NCBI GenBank assembly: GCA_044866005.1
Contig: JBIOTN010000176.1
Location: 1-25,927 of the forward strand
DNA length: 25,927 bases
Source: Candidatus Rokuibacteriota bacterium
GTDB lineage: Bacteria; Methylomirabilota; Methylomirabilia; Rokubacteriales; DASRDR01
Direction: 5' to 3'
A model generated the notes under the pieces. The model was not told the origin of the DNA and searched no databases. It saw only the letters and a list, made by a program, of their open reading frames with translations. Below, in pieces: positions 19,113 to 25,927 of the stretch. Position 1 is the stretch's first letter. Each line of letters starts with the position of its first letter. The position numbers and the translations under genes are program-made.

Positions 19113-19844
19113 CTAGCGCCCACGCACGAGCCGGTCGCCCAGGATGGCGGGGAGTCCCGCCGCATGGATCCGCCGGCGCGCCTCCCCGACGTCGTAGCGC
19201 ACGCGTCGGATCACCACGATGGCCGCGTCCTGGTCCCAGAGCGCGTACGCCGCGTCGGGATCGCCGTCACGCGGCTGGCCGACACTGCCGACGTTGATCA
19301 GGTGCCGCTCGCCAGGGACGAGGGGCAGCCGCGCGGGCCCACGTCGCCAGGCCAGGCCGCCGTCTCCGCGGATCGTCCAGACCGTCGGGACGTGCGAGTG
19401 CCCGACGAAGCAGAGCGGCGTGGTGAAGGCGGCGAAGGCGCCGAGCCCGTCGGCGGGCGAGAGCAGGTACGGCCAGTCGGCCGGGTTCCGCGGCGACGCG
19501 TGGACCAGGGTGGCGCCCGCCGCCGCGGTGGTCAGCGGGAGCGTCGCGAGGTAGCGGGTCTGGTCGGGCGCGAGCACCCCCGCCGTCCACTCCGCCGCCG
19601 CGCGCGCGTACGGGTTGAACCACGCGAGGTCGAGGAGCCCGGCCGCCGCGTGGTCGTGGTTCCCCGCGACGACCACGGCCCCGCGGCCGGCGAGCGCGTC
19701 GACGACCGGCCCCGGATCCGCCCCGTACCCGACCAGGTCGCCGAGGCAGAGCAACCCGTCGACCCCCACGCCGGCGACATCGTCGAGCACCGCGCGAAGG
19801 GCGGGCTCGTTGGCATGGACGTCGGAGAGGACGGCGTACCTTAC
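19113..19844 (-). CDS. Calcineurin-like metallophosphoesterase (YfcE/MJ0912-like)
   Basis: SDVHAN, LGDLVGYG, GNHD, VHASP, GHSH and NVGSVGQPRDGD. The expected first codon is GTA (19842-19844), overlapping the nusB stop, so the start is uncertain. Confidence 0.85.
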   Translation of the reverse strand, partial: VRYAVLSDVHANEPALRAVLDDVAGVGVDGLLCLGDLVGYGADPGPVVDALAGRGAVVVAGNHDHAAAGLLDLAWFNPYARAAAEWTAGVLAPDQTRYLATLPLTTAAAGATLVHASPRNPADWPYLLSPADGLGAFAAFTTPLCFVGHSHVPTVWTIRGDGGLAWRRGPARLPLVPGERHLINVGSVGQPRDGDPDAAYALWDQDAAIVVIRRVRYDVGEARRRIHAAGLPAILGDRLVRGR

Positions 19845-20251
19845 GGGACGAGCTCCCGGCGGACCCGGTCGAGGAGACCGTTGATGAACCGCGTGGACTC
19901 CTCGGTGGAGAACTTCCGCGCGATCTCGAGCGCCTCGTTGATGGCGACCTTCGGCGGCACCTCGGCGGCCCACAACAGCTCGAAGACGCCGGCACGCAGG
20001 ATGTTGCGGTCCACGACGGCCATCCGGTCGAGGTCCCAGCGCTCGGCAAAGCGGCTGATCAGCTCGTCGATCTTGGCCTGATGCGCCTTCGTCCCGCGCA
20101 CGATCGTGTCGGCGAAGAGCCGCACGTCCTCCGGCACGTCCTGGCGGCGCCAGAATTCGTCCGCCGTCGCGCCCGCATCCGCGTCGTCCCGGAGATCCAG
20201 CTCGTAGAGGAGCTGGAGCGCCAGCTCCCGCGCCTTCCGCCGTCGTCCCAT
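19841..20251 (-). CDS. nusB: Transcription antitermination factor NusB
   Basis: RRKARELALQLLY, VDRNILR, VPPKVAINEALEIARKF and FINGLLD; follows ribH. Confidence 0.97.
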   Translation of the reverse strand: MGRRRKARELALQLLYELDLRDDADAGATADEFWRRQDVPEDVRLFADTIVRGTKAHQAKIDELISRFAERWDLDRMAVVDRNILRAGVFELLWAAEVPPKVAINEALEIARKFSTEESTRFINGLLDRVRRELVP

Positions 20252-20256
20252 GGGCG

Positions 20257-20817
20257 TCAGGGCTGCCGGAGCCGGGTGCGGGTCCGGCGGGATCGGAGCG
20301 GTCCGGGACCCCCGCGCGGCCGACCGCCTTTCCGGCCGGGACCGCCGAGGGCGTGTCGGAGCGCCACGAGCTCCAGCGCCGCGAGCGCCGCCTCCTCCCC
20401 GCGGTTACCCACCTTCCCGCCCGCCCGGTCGAGCGCCTGCGCCATCGTCTCGGCCGTGATGACACCGAACGTCGCGGGCACGCCCGTGAGCCGGCTCACC
20501 TCCGAAATCCCCCGCGCGGCCTCGCCCGCGACGTATTCGAAGTGCGGGGTCTCGCCCCGGATCACGCACCCCACGCACACCAGCGCGTCCACCCTCCCGC
20601 GCCGGGCGAGCATCAGCGCCACCTGAGGCACCTCGAAGGCGCCCGGGACCCAGACCACGGTCACGTCCTTCTCGGCCACGCCGTGCCTCAGGAGCGCCGC
20701 CCGGGCGCCCTCGACCAGGCGGGTCCCCACCTCCTCGTGGAACCGTGAGGCGACGACCGCGAAGCGCCGCCCGCGGGCCGCGATCCCGATCGTCCCGCCC
20801 GGCGCGCGTCCGCCCAT
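20257..20817 (-). CDS. ribH: 6,7-dimethyl-8-ribityllumazine synthase
   Basis: FAVVASRF, WVPGAFEVP, GCVIRGETPHFEYV, FGVIT and QALDRAGGKVGNRG; basic C-terminal tail. Confidence 0.96.
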   Translation of the reverse strand: MGGRAPGGTIGIAARGRRFAVVASRFHEEVGTRLVEGARAALLRHGVAEKDVTVVWVPGAFEVPQVALMLARRGRVDALVCVGCVIRGETPHFEYVAGEAARGISEVSRLTGVPATFGVITAETMAQALDRAGGKVGNRGEEAALAALELVALRHALGGPGRKGGRPRGGPGPLRSRRTRTRLRQP

Positions 20818-20820
20818 CAA

Positions 20821-20913
20821 CTACTTTCGGGGGGGTCTCGGAAGACCCCCCCGAGGCCCCCCCGTCGTTGCGGCGGCAGAGCCGCCGCTCGGAGGCTTCG
20901 CCCGCGATCGACG
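20821..20913 (+). repeat. REP-like palindromic element, copy 5 (ribBA-ribH), opposite orientation
   Basis: Perfect 12-bp stem TCGGGGGGGTCT-CGGA-AGACCCCCCCGA (20827-20854), then GCGGCGGC-AGA-GCCGCCGC (20870-20888), then GGCTTCGCCCGCG shared with copy 2. Confidence 0.7.
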
Positions 20914-20967
20914 GCGTGTCATACCCTTTGCGCTCGACGGGCACCCTGGGTGCGTCGCTGCCTCACC

Positions 20968-22206
20968 CTACTCGGGGCGGGAGAAGATGTGGCCGAGCTT
21001 GTCGCGCTTCGTCTGGAGGTAGAAGCGGTTGGCCTCCGAGGCCGGCACCTCGATCGGCACCCGCTCGACCACCTGCAACCCGTAGCCCTCGAGTCCCACG
21101 ATCTTCTTGGGGTTGTTCGTCAGAAGGCGCATGGCGCGGACCCCGAGGTCCACCAGGATCTGCGCGCCGATCCCGTAATCGCGCAGGTCGGCCTTGAACC
21201 CGAGCGCTTCGTTGGCCTCGACGGTGTCCTTGCCCTGGTCCTGCAGCTCGTAGGCCCGCACCTTGTTGAGCAACCCGATCCCCCGGCCCTCCTGCCGCAT
21301 GTAGACGAGGGCCCCGCGGCCCTCCGCGGCGATGATCATCAGCGCCTTGCGGAGCTGATCGCCGCAGTCGCAGCGTTGCGACTGGAAGACGTCGCCGGTC
21401 AGGCACTCGGAGTGGACGCGGACCAGCACCGGGTCGTCGCCCCGCAGCTCGCCCATGACGAGCGCCGGCACCACGCGGTCGTCCACCGTCGTCTCGTACG
21501 CGATCGCGGTGAACGTCCCGTACGCCGTCGGCAGGACGGTCGTCGCGGCGCGGCGGACGAGCTTGTCCTTCTGGATCCGGTACCGGATCAGGTCCTTGAT
21601 CGTGATGATGCGCAGATCGTGGTCGGTCGCGAGGCGGACGAGCTCCGGCATGCGGGCCATCCCGCCGGCTTCGTCCATCACCTCGCAGATCACCCCGGCG
21701 GGGTAGCAGCCGGCGAGCCGCGCCAGGTCCACGGCGGCCTCGGTGTGGCCGGCGCGCCGCAGCACGCCGCCCGGCATGGAGCGGAGCGGCAGGATGTGGC
21801 CCGGCCGCGCGAGGTCTTCCGGTTGCGTGTTCCTGTCCACGAGGGCGCGAATGGTGATCGCGCGGTCGTAGGCGGAGGTGCCCGTCGTGGTCCCGCGCTT
21901 GGCGTCCACCGTCACCGTGAAGGCCGTGCCCATGGCGGCCGTGTTGTCGCTCACCATCATGCCGATGCGGAGCTCGTCGAGCCGGTCGCCCGTGAGCGGC
22001 ACGCAGATGAGGCCGCGCCCGTGCTTCGCCATGAAGTTCACGGCCTCGGGCGTGGCGCGGTCGGCCGCCATGAGGAGATCGCCCTCGTTCTCGCGATCCT
22101 CGTCGTCCACGACGACGAGCATCCGCCCTTGCCGGATCTGCTCGATGGCCTCCTCGATCGAGGCGAAGGGGCGTCGCGGCTGGTCGTGACCGTCGTGATC
22201 CGCCAT
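20968..22206 (-). CDS. ribBA: Bifunctional DHBP synthase / GTP cyclohydrolase II
   Basis: [19 protein letters not shown] and ICE in the RibB half; [23 protein letters not shown] and LLTNNPKK in the RibA half. Confidence 0.98.
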   Translation of the reverse strand: MADHDGHDQPRRPFASIEEAIEQIRQGRMLVVVDDEDRENEGDLLMAADRATPEAVNFMAKHGRGLICVPLTGDRLDELRIGMMVSDNTAAMGTAFTVTVDAKRGTTTGTSAYDRAITIRALVDRNTQPEDLARPGHILPLRSMPGGVLRRAGHTEAAVDLARLAGCYPAGVICEVMDEAGGMARMPELVRLATDHDLRIITIKDLIRYRIQKDKLVRRAATTVLPTAYGTFTAIAYETTVDDRVVPALVMGELRGDDPVLVRVHSECLTGDVFQSQRCDCGDQLRKALMIIAAEGRGALVYMRQEGRGIGLLNKVRAYELQDQGKDTVEANEALGFKADLRDYGIGAQILVDLGVRAMRLLTNNPKKIVGLEGYGLQVVERVPIEVPASEANRFYLQTKRDKLGHIFSRPE

Positions 22207-22207
22207 C

Positions 22208-22858
22208 TCACTCCTCCCGCGCGGAGGCCAGCAGCCCGTGACGCTCGAGGAACGCGCGCGCCGTCTCCCCGCCCGGGAGCAGCGCCTGCACGTACTTGCC
22301 GATCACGTCCATCTCGAGGTTCACCCGCGCGCCGACGGCGCGGCCGCCGAGCGTCGTCACCGCCAGCGTGTGCGGGATCAGCGCGACGCTGAACGTGCAC
22401 GCCCCCAGGTCCGCCACGGTCAGGCTGACCCCGTCGACCGCGACCGACCCCTTCGGGATCACGAAGGGCCGGAGGGCGGCCGGCGGCTCGACCGTCAGCC
22501 GGCGGCCGGCCCCGTCGGGCTCGACCGCCGTGACGCGGCCGACCCCGTCCACGTGGCCGAGGACGAGGTGGCCGCCGAGCGGCGCGCCGAACCGGAGCGG
22601 CCGCTCGAGATTCACGAGGTCGCCCGGGCGAAGCTCGCCCAGGGTCGTCACCTGGACCGTTTCCAGGGCGAGGTCGAAGCCGACCCGGCCGGGCTCGCGC
22701 CCGGCGACGGTCAGGCAGACGCCGTTCACCGCGAGGCTCTCCCCGATCCCGAGGTCGGTCGCGAGCTCGGGCGGTACTCGCACCTCCAGACGCCGGCTCG
22801 CGCCGTCCCGCGGGACGGCCTCGACGGCGCCCAGCCCTTCGACGAGGCCCGTGAACAT
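22208..22858 (-). CDS. ribE: Riboflavin synthase (alpha chain)
   Basis: MFTGLVE start, [38 protein letters not shown] and [14 protein letters not shown] overlaps the ribD stop. Confidence 0.97.
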   Translation of the reverse strand: MFTGLVEGLGAVEAVPRDGASRRLEVRVPPELATDLGIGESLAVNGVCLTVAGREPGRVGFDLALETVQVTTLGELRPGDLVNLERPLRFGAPLGGHLVLGHVDGVGRVTAVEPDGAGRRLTVEPPAALRPFVIPKGSVAVDGVSLTVADLGACTFSVALIPHTLAVTTLGGRAVGARVNLEMDVIGKYVQALLPGGETARAFLERHGLLASAREE

Positions 22859-23952
22859 CAGGCCGCGACGTCCCCCTCGATCAGCAGATCTTCGCCGATC
22901 GCTCGATAGGTTAACCCGGTCAGGTTCAGAGCTTCCTTGAGCGCTCGTCCCACCCCGCCGACGGGTCCCGGCGCCGTGTGGCCTCCGAGGAGGCGAGGGG
23001 CGACGAAGAACGCGACCCGGTCCACGAGCCCGGCCTCGAGGAGCCCCGCCGCCAGCTCCGCTCCGCCCTCGGCGAGAACCGCCACGACGTCGAGCTCGGC
23101 GAGGGCGCGGAGCAGCGCCCGGAGGTCCACCCGCCGGCCCTCGCGGGGCAGCTCCAGCAGCCGCACGCCGCGGGCCCGGAGAGAGGCGGCGCGCGCGGCG
23201 GGCGCCGGCCGCGCGCACGCGACGACCGCGCGCGCCGGATCGCCTGCCGACAGGAGGCGCGCGTCGAGCGGCACGCGCAGCCGGCTGTCGGCGACGACGC
23301 GATAGGGCTCCTTCGCCGGGGCGCCCGCGAGGCGGACCGTCAGGGCCGGGTCGTCGCGCAAGACCGTGCCGATCCCCACGAGCACGGCGTCGGCGGCGAA
23401 CCGCATCCGGTGCGCTTCCTCGCGCGCGGCCTCGCCCGTGATCCAGCGCGAGGTGCCGTCCCAGGCGGCGATCTTCCCGTCGACCGTCATCGCGGACTTG
23501 AGCGTGACGTGGGGCCGCCCGCTCGCGACGAACCGGAAGAACGCGCGGTTCAGCGCCCGCGCCTCCGCCTCGCCCACCCCCACCGCGACGAGGATCCCCG
23601 CGGCGCGGAGCCGCGCGAGACCCCGGCCGTCCACGAGCGGGTTCGGGTCGGGACAGGCCGCCACGACACGGGCGACCCCGGCGGCGACGAGCGCGTCGGC
23701 GCAGGGGGGCGTGCGGCCGTGATGGGCGCACGGCTCCAGGGTGACGTAGCACGTCGCGCCGCGCGCCGCCGCGCCCGCGGCGGCGAGCGCCATCGCCTCG
23801 GCGTGGCGGCCCCCGGCCCGCTCGTGCCAGCCCTCGCCCACCACCCCGCCGGCCTTGACCAGCACGGCGCCGACCGCGGGGTTCGGGGAGGTCAGCCCGA
23901 CGCCGCGCGCCGCCAGCTCGAGCGCGCGGGCCATCGCGCTCTGGTCGTCCAC
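22858..23952 (-). CDS. ribD: Bifunctional diaminohydroxyphosphoribosylaminopyrimidine deaminase / reductase
   Basis: TSPNPAVG, HAE, TLEPCAHHGRTPPC, SRWITG, GIGTVLRDDP and AEGG; GTG start at 23952, just after the ftsY stop. Confidence 0.96.
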   Translation of the reverse strand: MDDQSAMARALELAARGVGLTSPNPAVGAVLVKAGGVVGEGWHERAGGRHAEAMALAAAGAAARGATCYVTLEPCAHHGRTPPCADALVAAGVARVVAACPDPNPLVDGRGLARLRAAGILVAVGVGEAEARALNRAFFRFVASGRPHVTLKSAMTVDGKIAAWDGTSRWITGEAAREEAHRMRFAADAVLVGIGTVLRDDPALTVRLAGAPAKEPYRVVADSRLRVPLDARLLSAGDPARAVVACARPAPAARAASLRARGVRLLELPREGRRVDLRALLRALAELDVVAVLAEGGAELAAGLLEAGLVDRVAFFVAPRLLGGHTAPGPVGGVGRALKEALNLTGLTYRAIGEDLLIEGDVAA

Positions 23953-23953
23953 G

Positions 23954-24871
23954 TCAGGCTCCGACGAGACCGGCGACGAACACCTTGGGGTCGAAGGCGG
24001 CCAGATCGTCCGGCCGCTCGCCGGTCGCGACGAGCTTGAGCGGCAGCCCGAGCTCGCGCACGATCCGGACGACGATGCCGCCCTTGGCGGTGCCGTCGAG
24101 CTTGGTGAGGACGAGGCCGGTGAGGGACAGCGCCTCGTGAAAGAGCCGCGCCTGGGCGATCCCGTTCTGGCCGGTCGTCGCATCGAGCACGAGCAGCGTC
24201 TCGTGGGGCGCCCCGGGCAGCTGCCGGCCGACGACCCGCTTGACCTTCGTGAGCTCGGCCACGAGGTTCGCCTTGGTGTGGAGGCGTCCCGCGGTGTCCA
24301 CGATGAGGACGTCGACCGGACGGGCCTGGGCGGCCCTCACCGCGTCGAACGCCACGGCGGAGGGATCGGCGCCGGGCCCCTGCTTGACCACGGGAACGCC
24401 CACACGCTCGCCCCAGCGCTCGAGTTGCTCGATCGCCGCCGCGCGGAACGTGTCGGCTGCCGCGAGCAGCACCTGGCTCCCCGAAGCGCGGAGCTGCCCG
24501 GCGAGCTTGCCGCACGTCGTGGTCTTCCCCGAGCCGTTCACGCCCAGGATCAGGACGACCGCCGGCCGCGCGTCCAGGGCGAGCGGCGCGGCGGCGCCCT
24601 CGAGCGCCTGGCGAAGGTGAGCGGCGAGAGCCTGCCGCACGTCCCCGCCGCTGAGCCGGCCCCGCTGGGCCTGCTCCCGCACGGCCTCGACGAAGCTCGC
24701 CGCCGTCTCGACACCCAGGTCCGCCTCGAGGAGCAGGGCCTCCAGGTCTTCCAGCGTCGCGGTGTCGAGCTCCTGTCCCTTGAAGACCCGATCGAAGCCG
24801 TCCTGGAAGGCCTCGCGCGTCCGGGTCAGGCCCTCGCGCACCCGATCGGTGAGGGCCGAGAAGACCTTCAT
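23954..24871 (-). CDS. ftsY: Signal recognition particle receptor FtsY (short NG form without acidic domain)
   Basis: GVNGSGKTTT, DTFRAAAIEQL, DTAGRLH, DATTGQNG and TKLDGTAKGG; ATG at 24871 overlaps the rodZ stop. Confidence 0.97.
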   Translation of the reverse strand: MKVFSALTDRVREGLTRTREAFQDGFDRVFKGQELDTATLEDLEALLLEADLGVETAASFVEAVREQAQRGRLSGGDVRQALAAHLRQALEGAAAPLALDARPAVVLILGVNGSGKTTTCGKLAGQLRASGSQVLLAAADTFRAAAIEQLERWGERVGVPVVKQGPGADPSAVAFDAVRAAQARPVDVLIVDTAGRLHTKANLVAELTKVKRVVGRQLPGAPHETLLVLDATTGQNGIAQARLFHEALSLTGLVLTKLDGTAKGGIVVRIVRELGLPLKLVATGERPDDLAAFDPKVFVAGLVGA

Positions 24872-25635
24872 GGCGAGCCCCCGCCCGGGACGCTCACGTC
24901 GCGCACCACTTGCCCCGCCACGCCGAGCGGGGGCAGCCGGGCGCCGTCGAGCTCGAGCGTCACCCCGCCGGCGTTCCCGAGCGTGACCGTGAACCGCCCG
25001 CCGCTCCGCCACTCGCGCGCGTTCCCCGGCTGGAGCAGCGCCTCGCTCGCGGGACCGTCGTCGGGGCGGACCCGGACCCACGTCGCTTCGTGCGCGCGCA
25101 CCACGAGGACGCGCGGCTCCGGCGCGGGCGTGCTCGGCACGGCGGCCGCCGGGGGCGCGGGGGCGGGCTCGTCCGCCGGAGGCGTCGGGCGCGAGGCGGG
25201 CACGAGCTTCGGCGCGGCGCCCGGCGGCGACGTCCCCGCCGAGGGCGCGAGCAGGTAGAACAGCGTGCCGCCGACGGCCAGGAGCACGGCGGCCAGGACG
25301 AAGCCGGGGCGGGCGACGGGCCCGGCCCGGCGCACGAGGCCATCGACCGACGCCGGTGGCACGATCGGGCCGGCGCCGGCCCGCGCCGGCGCGGCGCGCA
25401 CGTGGCCGTCGTACAGCGCGAGCGCCGCCTCCGGTGGCTCGCCGACCTCGGCGCAGTACGCGCGGATGAATCCGCGCACGAAGATGGGCGCCGGCAGGGC
25501 CTCCCACCGGTCCTGCTCGAGGGCGCGCAGGACCCGGGGCACGATGCGGGTGGCGCGCGAGAGGTCTTCCAGGGGGAGCCCCTTCGCCTCGCGGCGCCCA
25601 CGCAAGAACGCGCCGAGGCCGACCTCGTTCTGCAT
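24868..25635 (-). CDS. rodZ: RodZ-like cytoskeleton protein (HTH, TM helix, DUF4115)
   Basis: LGAFLRGRRE...LSRATRI...FVRGFIRAYC HTH, one TM helix, Pro/Ala linker and TWVRV...LGNAGGVTLELDG; ATG at 25635. Confidence 0.88.
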   Translation of the reverse strand: MQNEVGLGAFLRGRREAKGLPLEDLSRATRIVPRVLRALEQDRWEALPAPIFVRGFIRAYCAEVGEPPEAALALYDGHVRAAPARAGAGPIVPPASVDGLVRRAGPVARPGFVLAAVLLAVGGTLFYLLAPSAGTSPPGAAPKLVPASRPTPPADEPAPAPPAAAVPSTPAPEPRVLVVRAHEATWVRVRPDDGPASEALLQPGNAREWRSGGRFTVTLGNAGGVTLELDGARLPPLGVAGQVVRDVSVPGGGSP

Positions 25636-25645
25636 GGCAAATCGT

Positions 25646-25654
25646 AGTCTAACA
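25646..25654 (-). promoter_or_regulatory. Candidate extended -10 promoter (TGTTAGACT) at the head of the operon
   Basis: TGnTAnnnT within an AT-richer patch, 10 nt upstream of the rodZ ATG. Confidence 0.5.
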
Positions 25655-25927
25655 CACGGTTTCGCCGCCAATCCAAGGCAACCAAAGGCCAAAACCCGCG
25701 GCGGACACGGCGCGCCGCTTGGGGGCCGGCGGGCCACGATTGCGCGGGAGACGACAGCGCCGGGCACCTTTCCATGGCCGGGCCGAGACCCGAGCGCCGG
25801 AAGGACGCAGGAAGGAGGCGGACCGAGGCGTATGCCGGCCCCCCCACCCAGCCCTATGAGGAGGCCCGCCGACGACCCCAGAGGCCGGGACGGCCGCGAG
25901 GCCGCAGGCCGAGCGCGTCCCGGCCGT

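Noticed and set aside
20827..20854. GC hairpins as rho-independent terminators or CRISPR repeats
   Set aside because: There is no following U-tract in the transcribed direction, and the copies are dispersed and degenerate rather than regularly spaced.
25770..25927. Possible start of a divergent plus-strand gene (AGGAAGGAGG followed by ATG codons)
   Set aside because: It is truncated by the window edge, the translation is low-complexity and SD spacing is poor, so it cannot be supported.

Overview
This is a very GC-rich (visually >70%) bacterial chromosomal segment. It carries 23 housekeeping genes, all on the minus strand and mostly overlapping or abutting. In transcription order: rodZ, ftsY, ribD, ribE, ribBA, ribH, nusB, a metallophosphoesterase, lnt, prfB (with the programmed +1 frameshift CTT-TGA-C), lysS, lolC/E, lolD, clpC, bamA, skp, lpxD, lpxA, a GnnA-like oxidoreductase, lpxI, lpxB, a DUF374/LpxJ-like acyltransferase and waaA. 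The organism is a diderm; the style suggests Ca. Rokubacteria/Methylomirabilota, which is an unverified inference. I see no transposase, phage, CRISPR array, rRNA or tRNA, and no convincing new multi-gene system. The most notable unexplained structure is a family of five palindromic REP/MITE-like intergenic elements. One of them forms two mutually exclusive hairpins over the lnt ribosome-binding site. Other points of interest are a probable 2,3-diamino-glucose lipid A pathway, a phosphoesterase gene with no canonical start codon, and candidate internal promoters.
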